The position numbers and the translations under genes are program-made. The notes beneath the pieces were generated by a model, which was not told where the DNA came from, did no database searches, and was given only the letters and a program-made list of their open reading frames with translations. Positions 23,651 to 38,103 of a stretch of 60,000 nucleotides of DNA are shown here, piece after piece. Within the stretch, counting starts at the first letter, position 1; each line of letters begins with the position of its first letter. The DNA is from Lytechinus pictus (Eukaryota). The DNA is taken from contig NC_087250.1 of NCBI RefSeq assembly GCF_037042905.1, positions 22,818,001-22,878,000 of the forward strand. Direction: 5' to 3'.

Positions 23651-23907
23651 ATACATACCTACTGTACACATACCCTAACGCACGACTACACGGCCATACG
23701 TACATCCATTTCAGCATTAATATGGCACTTTTTCACATGCTCAAAACGCTGTACGATATAAACAAGTGAACAATTCCACTCTCCAAGTACAATTTTATAC
23801 AGTGGACTTTCTAAAGCAAGTTTTTGCTTTTTATTAAAAAATAATTGAACTGCCGAAGGGCATGGGTATATTATTTATTGGGGAGACCATTCCAAATACT
23901 GGGTCTG

Positions 23908-24092
23908 GGTCCATGACATTTGCTCCGGCGACAATTGCTCCGCTCTAAATTCCACACACTAATCGAATGACCAACTTCAACCCTGGGCTTTCATACTATG
24001 CCCTACCCTAAACCTAACCTAAAACCCATTGCAACCCTAACCCTACATCGTAGACGAAATTAAGCCCGGAGCAATTGTCGCAGGAGTGTCAC
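23908..24092. mobile_element. Short TIR element with telomere-like (CCCTAA-like) core
   Basis: GACATTTGCTCCGGCGACAA arms around ACCCTA/AACCTA repeats; relatives at 7985-8060, 45715-45790, 52128-52292. Confidence 0.6.
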
Positions 24093-24185
24093 CATTTGGA
24101 CCATTGGGAGAAGTGGGAACTTCTAGATTCACAACACAATCCCAGTAATCACTTCATATCTACCTTAGATCTTGGTCTCGGCTTA

Positions 24186-24578
24186 AGGTTGCCGCACACC
24201 TTACGACTAGTCCACGATCTCATTTCTTGGAATAGATCGCATTTTGCTCATTTTGTAAAAATTAGATTGAAAGGTATTTTTTTTATATTTGAGGTTCAAA
24301 TTAACTGAGAGAATACTAATATTACAATTTCGGTTGATTGCAAGACTTAATTAGTAAAGGCCAAATAAGTTTCAAATCATATACGACTAAATATTCGCTT
24401 TTATTCTTATAAGAATGATAGCATACTCACAGATATGAACATGTCATAGGCTATCTAGGTATTCGTACGATTGTTAAGAACATTACACAATAAGATATTC
24501 CATGTCTTAATATAAGCATAGATTCTACTTCGATTCCTAAATCGGGTTGCAGCCCAGTCCTAAGGTGTGCGGTGGCCT
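24186..24578. mobile_element. PIF/Harbinger-type non-autonomous element
   Basis: TIR AGGYYRCCGCACACCTTA; TSD TTA; relatives at 48983-49450, 52293-53801, 57975-58945. Confidence 0.8.
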
Positions 24579-24849
24579 TTAGTCTCGGCTGTAATAGGCT
24601 GCATGTCCATGCAGTATTATGTGCGTCTCATTGGCGAATGGCTATAGGGATACGTTATTTTCTTTTCCTATAACTCGTTCCCGTGACTTACGGAACTTGT
24701 TCCCTCGAGTTATAACATGTCCCCTCGACAAATAACTCATCCCCTCCACTTTTATCTGGTTGAAAATTATGGGAACGATTCCCTTGACTTATAATTCCTT
24801 CCTTCGACTTAATAGTTCAGACGTGGCTTCTCAGTGGGAGTAAAATTTG

Positions 24850-25153
24850 TATTATGCATGGATTAAAATTCCAAAGATATTTATCTTATCACGACCCAGA
24901 GGTCCGAGGAAGCTCAGTCGGACAAAAGGTCGGAATAGTGCCTGTCTGGACAGAGTTACTAGGACCTTCCTTCGACCAAGGTACCTTGGAAAGAGTTTAG
25001 AGTATCGGAGGAAGGTCTGAGAAACTCTGTTCGGAGACTCCAGACGGGCAATACTCGGACCTTTCCTCTGACCCTGCCTTCCTCCGTTCAAAACAGTCTA
25101 CGTCTTGGTCGTAATAAGATAAATATCTTTGGAATTTCAATCCATTCATGATA
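24850..25153. mobile_element. Foldback-like palindromic MITE
   Basis: ~50-bp TIR (ATTCCAAAGATATTTATCTTATCACGACC / GGTCGTAATAAGATAAATATCTTTGGAAT) with central palindrome CCAAGGTACCTTGG. Confidence 0.7.
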
Positions 25154-25405
25154 AAAGTTTTATGCCGACTAGGAACCCACATCTGAACGAGGCTAATAAT
25201 AACCCACCCCTCTTCTTTGAATTTTACCTAATAGAGTTGAAATGGTTTGTCAAGAAAAAATGATCGCATACAAAGCTGAATTGTGAAAACTTTTTAATTT
25301 TACAAAGGAAAACAAAAAAAATAGGCCTACGATATAAATATAACAAAACTGACATGCGGAAATAAAAAATCATTGCAATATTATCATGTGAAATAAAACA
25401 TATGA

Positions 25406-25409
25406 TATA

Positions 25410-25454
<45 letters not shown>

Positions 25455-25530
25455 ATATATAAATAAATATATATATATATATACATGTATATACACATAT
25501 ATTCACACATATATATATTTATATATATAT
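25406..25530. repeat. (AT)n microsatellite
   Basis: Imperfect dinucleotide array. Confidence 0.9.
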
Positions 25531-26375
25531 GGAATAATAGTAAACTTAGATATCTGTAACCATTCTATGCGGATAGAGTAAATTGATGTGTGCTTGAGAA
25601 AAATCAGAAACAGGTCTGACGATTTCATGATTATTTCTAAATATTGTAATTGTTTTATTTGGTCTCTGATGACCCTATAAAACATACAAATACAAAAAAT
25701 CAGAATCGGAAATTATAAACAAAGGTTATTTGTTGAAAAGGCAAGTCTACCCTGCAGTACTTATGTTACAATATAAAAAGAAAAAACGAATACTTATACA
25801 TATACTCAAATTAAAAGTTTCCCTATCGAAATTAATAAAGCATTATTCTAACATTAATTATGTTATCAAGTACAATAAGCAAATATTTTCTCTTTATATT
25901 CATTTTACTTTCTCTATCCAAATAAAATTATAGTCTAATATATTCTGCATATTAATAGTAATCTCTAAAAAGGTGTTTTCCTTAGACTGGCTATTACACA
26001 AAGTCAATGAGAAACAACATACATGTCCAGACACCTTGAGTGTATACTTATTAAATAAAGGGGGAAAAACCTGGCAAAGTGTATTTACATGTGAACCTTT
26101 AAGGACAAATATAATATACTCTAAGGCCTACAATGAATTGTCGTGGTGTCACGCACATACTTTTTTCATTCATTTTCATCTATCGATTACTGAAACTTTT
26201 TCATGTACAAAAATTAACAAAGACAAATGTTGTTTATTGGTACAAAAAACAGAGTCTAATAAAATATTTGATTTGTATCAAAGTGAAATTTTGACAAGTG
26301 CGTCTGTGATTACAAGCAAAATATTGAACAAAGTTTTACTTTTTATGACATGGACGAAGGCTGGTTTGAGCATGG

Positions 26376-27563
26376 GGCAGGTGGAACTAAAGCGGTATGG
26401 GGTGCACATCTTTGGGAGGTGGAACAAAAGTGGTATGGGGGTGTACATCTTTGGCAGGTGGAACTAAAGTGGTATGGGGTGCACATCTTTGGGAGGTGGA
26501 ACTAAAGTGGTATGGGGTGCACATCTTTGGGAGGTGGAACTAAAGTGGTATGGGGTGCACATCTTTGGCAGGTGGAACTAAAGTGGTATGGGGTGCACAT
26601 CTTTGGCAGGTGGAACTAAAGTGGTATGGGGTGCACATCTTTGGCAGGTGGAACTAAAGTGGTATGGGGTGCACATCTTTGGCAGGTGGAACTAAAGTGG
26701 TATGGGGGTGCACATCTTTGGGAGGTGGAACTAAAGTGGTATGGGGTGCACATCTTTGGGAGGTGGAACTAAAGTAGTATGGGGGTGCACATCTTTGGGA
26801 GGTGGAACTAAAGTGGTATGGGGGTGCACATCTTTGGGAGGTGGAACTAAAGTGGTATGGGGGTGCACATCTTGGGGAGGTGGAACTAAAGTGGTATGGG
26901 GGTGTACATCTTTGGGAGGTGGAACTAAAGTGGTATGGGGGTGTACATCTTTGGGAGGTGGAACTAAAGTGGTATGGGGGTGCACATCTTTGGGAGGTGG
27001 AACTAAAGTGGTATGGGGGTGCACATCTTGGGGAGGTGGAACTAAAGTGGTATGGGGGTGTACATCTTTGGGAGGTGGAACTAAAGTGGTATGGGGGTGT
27101 ACATCTTTGGGAGGTGGAACTAAAGTGGTATGGGGGTGCACATCTTTGGGAGGTGGAACTAAAGTGGTATGGGGGTGCACATCTTGGGGAGGTGGAACTA
27201 AAGTGGTATGGGGGTGTACATCTTTGGGAGGTGGAACTAAAGTGGTATGGGGGTGCACATGTATCTTGGGGAGGTGGAACTAAAGTGGTATGGGGGTGCA
27301 CATCTTGGGGAGGTGGAACTAAAGTGGTATGGGGGTGTACATCTTTGGGAGGTGGAACTAAAGTGGTATGGGGGTGTACATCTTTGGGAGGTGGAACTAA
27401 AGTGGTATGGGGGTGCACATCTTTGGGAGGTGGAACTAAAGTGGTATGGGGGTGCACATCTTGGGGAGGTGGAACTAAAGTGGTATGGGGGTGTACAACT
27501 TTGGGAGGTGGAACTAAAGTGGTATGGGGGTGCACATGTATCTTGGGGAGGTGGAACTAAAGT
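26376..27563. repeat. 38/39-bp G-rich minisatellite, ~30 copies
   Basis: Unit GAGGTGGAACTAAAGTGGTATGGGG(G)TGCACATCTTTGG; very few variant positions. Confidence 0.97.
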
Positions 27564-27852
27564 TTTGAAAACCATCTGTTGAAAGCAGAAGAAGGGGTAC
27601 AAATTTATTTTGCTTGCCAGTGTCGGAACCCCTCTGCCTGAGCGGGAGGATGCACGTGCACCCCAGGCTACACCCTTGTATATATTTATATCGAATAAAC
27701 AGGTACTAGGGGTTTGTCACTATAAGCTTACACTGACTGTTTGAATGGTCTCTCAGTTGCATATTTAAAAAAAAAAGACACGCCTTTCTGCACGTTTTGA
27801 GAATGGCTTTTTGGAACACAGATTTTACTGAAACAACCATCACTGCGCTCTA

Positions 27853-28099
27853 CACTGCAAAAACTGTGGTGTTAACCGGTGTAGTGTACATAGAGGACCA
27901 CACCAGTTACTTTACTCCGGTGTTAAATTGACAGTGTTAGTTTAACACCTATAGGTGTTATTACAACACCTTTCAGGCTTTGGTTGTTACATTTACACTC
28001 TTTGGTGCTATGTTCAATCTCTAGGGTAAAATTTTAACACCTTAGGGTGTGGTCCTCTGCCAACTGGTGTCAGTTTTAACACCAAATTTTTTTAAAGTG
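27853..28099. mobile_element. CACTA/EnSpm-type MITE
   Basis: CACTGCAAAAACTGTGGTGTTAA terminus; second copy at 59712-59950. Confidence 0.75.
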
Positions 28100-28723
28100 T
28101 GTGATAACAAGATGGATTACACATTATTCTCAAACGCTTTGCTAATGACACCGGAGGCTGTTTCATGAGGCTGTTCGTAAGTTAAGAGTAACTTTAAGAA
28201 CGACTGGTGATACTTTCTTGTAGTAAATGATATTCAACATTTAATGTTCATTGGTGATTAGTTTACGCGTAAGAAAGTCGTTTTTTAAGTCGCTCTTAAA
28301 TTACGAACAGCTTTATGAAACACCCACCAGATATGTTAATTCCACCAAGATTGTCTATTATCAATGTCGCACAGTAAATTTCAAGGATTTGAAATCAATT
28401 CAGATCTGTTCATGCGAATAGTAATCAGCCGATTGTTTTTAGTATGCTATAAGGACTAACTTTAAATATGAAGATATAAAAAAGTCAAATTTCAAATTTT
28501 AGGATTGTTAAAATGTGTTACATAGATTTTGCAATAATAAGGAATTTTGGTAAATGAAGGCGGAAGGCAAAGAGGACAGAATCACGTGATTCAGCAACCA
28601 TCCATGCGCAGTGCTGAATTTTACTTTCTATGTACCGAGCATGCGCAGAGATCGATCTTGATGTGAATAGGCCATCCCCTTCAGCCGTGTTCTCAACATC
28701 TAACTCCAGGGAGTTACCGCAAT

Positions 28724-28955
28724 CACTGCGCGTAGACGCTTTCTATAACACGGATAATCCTTTTTCAAAATCCCTTCAATGACAAACAGCCTATGTCGAA
28801 AATCGATTAATCAAAACAGCATTGTCGTGCCGGACTTTGAACAAAGGGCATATTGGCGATTTTTCTCTGGTCCAAAACTTCAGAAGATCTGCTATGTCCC
28901 AGTCCACTTGTATTTTCAAAGGAATTGATGCATTGTAGAAAGCGTCTGCGCAGTG
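28724..28955. mobile_element. CAC..GTG MITE (CMC group) just downstream of the GPCR stop
   Basis: TIR CACTGCGC(GT)AGACGCTTTCTA; 3-bp TSD AAT. Confidence 0.65.
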
Positions 28956-28993
28956 AATGCGAAAGTACGCTAATATGACATTGGGTCCTGGTT

Positions 28994-30108
28994 TTAGCAG
29001 TGGCAATGTCCAGCGCACCTACGTCTAAAAATGTGTTTTAGTGTTAACCGGAAGTTGTGGTTCATGACCGAAAAGATGAAAAAATTCAGCCAACTACCGC
29101 TGATGACAAGGATTCTACAAAAAAGGGTTAACCCAGGGGATACCGAGAGAGGTCCTTTGAAGATAGCCATAAGACGCACAATTCTGTTGGGGACCGTGGT
29201 TACGGTGAAGGCTGCGGTGACTGCGAAGAAGGTCAGGATAAGCTTGAACTGCCCGGTGTGGTCATTCTGTTGTGAGGCATTGACGATGTCACCTCCTTGC
29301 ATCTCGCGATTCGTACTTGGTCCTGGGATCGAAGCTTCAGGGAGCGTAAAGTTGGAGAAATTAGTGCTAGCCGTAACCCGGTTGGAGACCGAATAGTCTC
29401 TGACCGGATGAATTCGGTTCATGTCGAGGATCAACTGTCGGACAACAACGAGGAGATGCATGTAGATGACAAGCATAGTTGACAACGGTACGAAGTAGAC
29501 TAATATAGTCGACACGAGAAGACGCGTTAACGAGAGCTGAACATCGCATATACGCCGATTAGGGTCGTAAAAGTAGCTACCGGTAGCATTTTCGAGGATG
29601 TTGGCAAATGCTGTCAGAATCCACATCACGACTACGAGCACGATGCAGAACTTCTTCGTTGCGTAACGCTGGTGCCTGAACGGATGGATGATGGCCACGT
29701 AGCGATCGACAATGATGAGGATTAAGGAGACGACGGATACCCGGACACCCGTAACCGAGAATACCAGGTGTACCCGGCAGATGATCCGCTGCCAGAAACT
29801 GAAAGAAAAACGTACTATTGTGGCTAAACCGATGATCATATCTGCCAAAGACATTGACACGATGCCGACGCAGTTACTAACGGGGAGATTGAAGTGCTTG
29901 TTTGTGGCGACCATGATGTTCAGGGTGTTTAAGATGAGGGATAGGATACTGCTCGCCAGGGAAATACCGATCGTAATTACGGCGTTTATTTGCTGCATTC
30001 GTGAAGTTCCCATTTGCACAGGGTTGGTTAGAGCAGTCTGCATCTCTTCAGCCTCCTCTTCTTCAGTTATCATGGTTGCCGAAATGGTGGCGTTGAAAAG
30101 GTCCATGA
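28994..30108 (-). CDS. Rhodopsin-like (class A) 7TM GPCR, main coding exon; orphan/candidate chemoreceptor
   Basis: 370-aa ORF with seven hydrophobic segments, TM2 SLADM, TM3 IIVDRYVAIIHP, TM4 W, TM5 YFVP, TM6 TTVP, TM7 WLNFFIF, helix 8 NFR; strong splice acceptor (ttcttctcctttcttttaacacag) ending 2 nt before the ATG. Confidence 0.92.
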
Positions 30109-33100
30109 CTGTGTTAAAAGAAAGGAGAAGAACGCTAAAAAAATAATAATCCTAGAACATTTACCGATTGATGCTTAAAAAAAATATTGGCCAAAGTCGT
30201 TTGATTCGTAGTATGTTTATATTGTCATATATAATTATCATCATGATTCCTAGTATAAATGTTTATATTATCATATTTACTGTCAAGATCTTGTACTTCA
30301 CCTGCTTATACTTTGACATTTCTTGTCAACATTATAGACCCGTATAATTGTCTTTAGTTTCGAGAACATTGCCAATTTAATTTATATAATCATTACCGTA
30401 TCACATTTCTTTAAAATTCAACGAGCTATGTTCCCCGCTCTTCGGTTTTCTCCTTGTTTTAAATCAGTATTTTATCTGCTGTGTATTACTACTCGCCTAC
30501 CCCTCTATTCTGTCATTCGTATATCTTCCCCCGCCCTTCCTCATCTACCTCATCCCCTATCTATTGAATCTTCTTTCCCCCTCTTCTTTATACTCTGGTC
30601 ATCTTTTCCTTAATCTGCCAGGTTACCCAATGTGTTTGTCTATTTATTTGTAAATAGTAAATTTGTATGGTTTGATTTGCTATATCATTCTATCATTGTT
30701 ATACTTTGTAAATCCAATATAATTCAGCCTAATCCGCTGAGATATGCGGATATTTTAATAAAACCTTTAAAGCTTAATAAGTCAATTAATGTTGCATATC
30801 ATGTCGACTTCTTCTACTTTGTAAGGTGAAATTCCGACATAATATGTATTGACAAGTCGACTTTTAAGTTTTTCTAAAAAAGATATCTTGCCAAGTCGAC
30901 TTACAAAAACTACCTGGCGATGTAAATCGTCTTTACTACAAAGTCGCCATCTTAAAAGGTAAATGACACGGCGACATATTGCAAAGTCGACTAATGAAAT
31001 CTTAAATGTCGACATGTATTGGCTTAAAGTTTCTTTGCAAGTCAACTTCTACGAAGTTATAAAGATATGACAATAGAAATTGACTTTTTACAACTCGATC
31101 GTTGCTCCAAATGTTCGTTATTTCGAATGTTTGCTCTTCCGAAGTTTGCATTTTTTTTGTGGGGGGATAATAATACAATTGTTTCCATTTTCTTTTCTTG
31201 AATTCAAGATTTCCATATTGCACCATTGACACTTGGTATTATTATATAGATATTATCCAAGAACTAGTGCCTTTTATGCTCTGCATGGATCCCAGGAAAG
31301 AACAGCGTTGTTATACTACCAAAGCTGAGTGGGCTTATCCAGCCATTTCACTATACCTATTATATTTATTATGTACATACATTTACCTTGTATTGTTTTT
31401 TTTTAATGTTGTGATATGGAAAATGAATACCAATACCAATTAGCCTATCTAATTTGAAGGTAGGGGAGAAAACTAATTATTACGATCGTTGAATATAATT
31501 GTACGAGTGTGCAATTAGATTGCAACATCAGCGCGCAAAAGGTTAGCCCAAAAGCGAGTTAGAAGCGAGAATTATATTTACCTTCCCAAAACAGTCTTAT
31601 GACATATTTTTACATAATATTGAGAAGATAACATCCTTTTTTACCCAGTTTACTTTACTTTTTTTTTTTTGGGGGGGGGGGCAATGGCCCCAAAGGCCCC
31701 CATCTGTACACCAGTGAATGCCTCAAAAGTGTTCGGATTTTCAAACACTTTTATTCTTTTTTTTTTATTCCCGGGATCGCGAACCTCTTGGTATATTGCC
31801 TGTTTCGGAATAACGAACTTTCGGAATAAGCACACACCCCGGGGAAGAAAAGGTTGGTTATTTATAGCCAATCTAAATCGGGTCTATCCCTGCGATACAT
31901 AATTTTGTATTACATGCATTGTTAAGTTTGATTATTGTTACATTGTTATATTGTATATAATTATTTGATCATATGCAATGTTTATTTTGTTTATATTTAT
32001 ATATTTTTTAAATCGTGAATAAAACCAAACCAACAAACCAAATACATAATAAGATTGATTATTTTGATACCCGATTCTGTATTGTAATGGAATTGGGTAA
32101 CACATGCACACGAAATGATTGGGTAAGATTTAGGGAAAGTACACATTATGAATCGTTCCTTTTTGGAAAGGTTGTTTCAATCTATTGTACTTCCAGATGA
32201 CACCCCCCCCCCCAAAAAAAAAAAAAGAATCATGTGAAGAATGTATCTTTATTCGACATGTGTTTATGTGGCTTTCATTTTCCTTGATAAAATGAATGTA
32301 TTTTAGAAGATATATAAAAAAGACCGCAAACAATTGAACCATTTTGTACCGTATATGCACTTTCCTCTTAAAAAAATATTACTATTGAATAATTACGTAA
32401 ATTTGTGGTTCTTCACTCGAATATAATCACCGATTTGTCCACTGTGTTGAGAAAATTTCTCTTTTTATTTGTTTTTAGTTGTGTTTTATTCATATTCTCA
32501 CCGATCGACGTCATTTTCTTTGCGGTTGGGCGACGTAAGATGGTGAAAATTATTTGAATAAACTCGCCCGCATACATTTATGGAACACTCGTATTCTTTC
32601 TTCCCATTTTAAAACATTTTAAATGTAATGATAAAGGATATGTTCATTTTTTAGGAGGATTAGGCAATCAGAAACAAAAACAGGAAATATTGCATGCATT
32701 AACTTAACACGCTTTTTAATGAATGTGGGCTATTATAAAAAGAGTTTAACCATGTGAGTGGAACCTTTGAGCACCTCGTAAAATAAAAACGTTATGATAG
32801 TCATTTTATTTATATTTTATATGATTTCAAACATTTTAATGAGTGAGAGCTAATCTGGTTCCTTAACCACCCTCCTCTTAGAGTGAGACGAGGGACCAGT
32901 CATTTTGGAGCGGGATTTGAATCTTTTGAGAGTGCATTATAGCTCCTGGAGTGAACTAGCTGTTCTTATTTTTAGACATTTTCACTCCAGAAGGAGCTAT
33001 AATGCACTCTCAAAAGATGTAAATCCCAGTCCACAAGAGTGCATTAAGCATGTTAAGAGTGCATGATTATTAGACCTATATTATTCATACTATTATACAG

Positions 33101-33298
33101 GGGCTGCGGAACGGTTTTCAAAGTGGGGGGGGGGCTGACCATGCAAAAAATCACAATCATATGGTAATTTTTACGTTTTTGTACACGGTTTTGGAAAAAA
33201 GTGGGGGGGGGGGGGCTGAAGCCCCCCAACCCCCCCCCCCCCTGCTTCCGTGTTATATATGAAACAAATCGTGATGTTACTCTTTCGCTGACTCATCA

Positions 33299-33437
33299 GG
33301 GGCCCGTTGCAGAAAGAGTTGCAATTAAACGCAACTCTAAAAATCATGCGAAACTTGATTTCCAGCAGCGCGCATTTTTGACTTGCGATTGATTTTTTGA
33401 CTTGCGTTTAAACGCAACTCTTTCTGCAACAAGCCCC
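33299..33437. mobile_element. Harbinger-type MITE
   Basis: TIR GGGGCCCGTTGCAGAAAGAGTTGC; second copy at ~44517-44664. Confidence 0.75.
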
Positions 33438-34787
33438 AGTTGTGTACAAACCATCTACAAATTCCAGTGAGCAGGAGGAAAAAATAAATCCCCTTTCCGA
33501 TTTCTTGAGGAAAATTAATCGTTTCAACCAAATATTCCAGTTATTGGCGGATGATGTTTCTTAAAACCATAAAAACAGGTGATGGGCGTTTGGTTCTAAA
33601 AGGATCAACTTAGGGCCTTTTCACACGTAAATTTTTAATCATCATTGTCATGATGATTGCTATTGTAATCGTGACTGTGATTAGAGTTCGTGATTCTTAT
33701 CACGTTCTAGTTTGGTTTCACACGTGATATTCGTCATTAGCCTTATTTTTCACTGGAATCACTGAAAGGGCGGTAAAATGACTTGCTCGTAATGGTTCAG
33801 TCACATTAATATGAAACTGATTAAAAAACCGATCGATAATGTAATAGATTCGGTCGTCTTGGATTCGGTTTGGCTGATGTGTCTTGGCCTGAGTTGAGAA
33901 CTGGGAAGGACCAGACAAAGGCATCAACAACATGCATACTTTGTTGATTGTTTTAAGAAAGAAGTTCACTTGGTTTTTATGAAAGAAATGACAGAACGTT
34001 TTCTTTTTAAAAAGAAAAACTATACATTTAAAATAATATAAGACAGACAAAAGATGACAGTCAAGTATACCGAGATGCCAAATTGATTATTAGATTACAT
34101 TTAAAGGTCAATTCTACCACAGGAAAATGCTGATTTTAAACAATGAGAAAAATCCAACAAGCATAATGTCGAAAAAACTTTTTATCAAAATCGGATGTCA
34201 AATAAAAAAATTATTATAGTTTAAATTTTCGCTTATCTTTTTTTTTTTACAAAACAGTTACAGTCAATGATGTCCATCACTATTTCTTCTTTGTTTTGTC
34301 GTTTGACTCATATAAAACTTCATTTTTTACAGATTTGACATTTAGAGGACTGAACCTTAAAGTGTTAAAACTATGGGAATACCACAATCTAAAAACAGTT
34401 TACCCAATATCGGGTGAAATGTGACAATGTATGCTTGCTGGGTAAAATGATACGAAATACTTTGTAAATTTTACGCAATGTTGCGTAGAAATTTACCAGT
34501 TAATTTACCCAATGTGAGGGAAAGAATTACGCAGCAAACAAGTTTTTTCCCTTTCTTCCCAATATTGAGTAATTTTTTACTCAATCTTTTTTAAAGTGCA
34601 TGTTCAGGGAGGAATAAGACCTTGTTTTACAGGGCATTGAGGAAAAAATTCCTATCTTTAATATTTCATGTAACAAAATATAAAAAAAATTAGTGAGTGG
34701 GTGACGCGTCAGGGCCCTGTTGCCTAGAATATAATTAATTTCTTAGGTAAATGTCAAATTGACACCCCCAAATAAGGGTTAAGCAGA

Positions 34788-35238
34788 AAATAAGCCAGTT
34801 CGTAGTTCCTTTCTGCGCATGATCAAAAGATTCTACGCATGATCAGAGGATGGTCATTTGTACTAAAGTGACATGGTGGTTTAAAATCTAATGAGATTAG
34901 CACCAACTTTGATGTCTTGATTATTCATATATTCTTTTGAATTGTGGTTTTCATTTACATCCACAAAACACAACAATGCGTCCACGAACGACTGGTATTT
35001 CACAGTTTGCCAAGTACATTGTGCAACATGCTATGATATGCATTCAAAGTAGGAATGCAACAAATACCTTCATAAAGTGTTCATTGGTGTGCTTATTCTA
35101 GTCACCTGGTCTATTCAATTTCTTCATCCTGCTATGTAAGGCAAGCTTACGTAATATCTTGCTTTGAAATCTGCCTATCATAATGAAAGAAATGAAAGGT
35201 CATTTGACCAAAATTGTCCATGAAGTAACTACGAACTG
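34788..35238. mobile_element. Non-autonomous TIR element, copy 2
   Basis: Same orientation as, and near-identical to, 14611-15069. Confidence 0.75.
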
Positions 35239-36702
35239 CATTGTAATTTGAGAAAGCAATGAAAATAACTTTAGCATGCAGAGACCAATAACATTCTTTA
35301 ACAGAGAATAATAAGCTTAGCTTATTAGTCTCTGCTAAAGTTATTTTGATTGCTTTCTCAGATTATCATTTTCATCAAAACAACAAAAAGATTTACCGCT
35401 TGACAGCTGAGTCTTTTGCTCAAAGAAAATCTTTAAATAATGAGTTTCGACAGCGGCTTTCATCATGGACCTGTATATTTTCTTGCTTTAACAAGCTTAC
35501 GGCCTGAAATACGTATCGTCACATTAGGAGATCGTGATATCATTTTTTTACGAAGTGGGAATAGCTTATTTCATTATTTTAAGATAGTTATGAGTTCATT
35601 TTTTTTATTTGCGGAGGAAAATGGCACCCCTTGTGGATGGAAACCTACTCTTCACTATATTGTTTTCTATTTCTTTGTTTGGCTCTAATTACGCTTAATT
35701 TGCTATGTTAGGAAAAGTTGTTAAACATAATCTGAATACAGATAAAAACGGAAAGCTGCCCGAGATTAGCGGGGGAAAAATGTGGCAAATTTATACCAGT
35801 CATTTGAGCTTGCCCGAAAAGATATTTATGATAACCCTATTTGTGATAAAAGTGAAGAAAATAAACTGCGCAATCTGAAAAGCAGGAAAATCACCCAGGT
35901 TTTCTCTGCCAAAACCTATGGAATCACAACGCTTCTAACACAGCATGACATGGTTTTGAGGCCGGTAAAAAGCACAATAAATCCTATTTTGAAGCCTGAT
36001 AATTGTTGGTAGCTCTAGCAAAATACTCAGTTGGCAAGCGGCTGAAATTGCATCGAGTTCGCATTGCTGTTTTATAACCATTTTGATTGGTATGTGATTT
36101 GCTAACTTCAATTTTGGGTCCGGGTTGGTTTTTTTTTTTTATTCTTTGAAAAATTAGGTATAATATTTTATTTAGTGAAGAAGAGAATGAAAGAGAAAGA
36201 AAATAAAATTCCTTTTTGTGTTAACTTTTTTTAATTTCTATTCGCAAGTCCCTTTTTTCGGATACCGTACCCTTTTGAAATTGAAATTTGAAAGAATTGT
36301 GTATTGTATATAGGCCTACTGTATGTTAGTACTGAAATCATTTCGAGATATTCAACGTCTACTGCTCATGATTACAATGATGACCATATACCAATACTCT
36401 AGCTGTTATTTATTCTTCAGCTTTGCTCGCTGAATGAAAGTGAAATACTTCTTAAAATAATAATCTCCATAAATAACCTTGAATCTAATCTTGAAATTTC
36501 ACTTGCGTGTGTACACATTGGGCCAAATACATTAATTTGATGAAATAACAGGATATGGTGATTAATAAAGATATTCATATTTGCATCAATGATTAATAAA
36601 AGTATTCATATTTGCATGAAAAATTTAGAATGAACATTCAAAAAAGTAAAAACAAAAATATATCGAAAGAGAGATAAAGTTGTAATGAAAATAAATTGTC
36701 AA

Positions 36703-36856
36703 CAGGGGCCTCGGAAGGGAGGGGGTGCGGGGGCTTCAGCCCCCGCATTTTTTGCCAAAACCGTGTACAAAAAACGTTAAAATGACTATCTAATTATGAT
36801 TTTTTTTTTTGCATGGTCAGCCCCTTTCCACTTTCAAAATCGTTCCGCGGCCTCTG
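36703..36856. mobile_element. hAT-type MITE
   Basis: CAGGGGCC...GGCCTCTG termini; TSD ATTGTCAA/ATTGACAA; inverted relative at ~33098-33250. Confidence 0.75.
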
Positions 36857-36960
36857 ATTGACAACGATTGTCGGGACTAGAATCTCACCTGAAAAAAAAA
36901 GTAGTATAGCTATCATGATCAGGGGCTGTACCAGTGTATGTTTTCTTGTTTTATATTAGG

Positions 36961-38103
<1,143 letters not shown>

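Noticed and set aside
23995..24050. Interstitial telomere
   Set aside because: Short degenerate CCCTAA-like core inside a dispersed TIR element present several times in the window
25973..26467. 164-aa ORF
   Set aside because: No recognisable domain or splice support; runs into the minisatellite
26376..27563. CRISPR-like array, or Pro/His-rich repeat proteins (ORFs of 111-293 aa)
   Set aside because: Units are contiguous with no unique spacers and there are no cas genes; ORFs are open in several frames on both strands only because the 39-bp unit lacks stops
29031..30146. Plus-strand ORFs overlapping the GPCR
   Set aside because: Antisense shadows with no recognisable motifs
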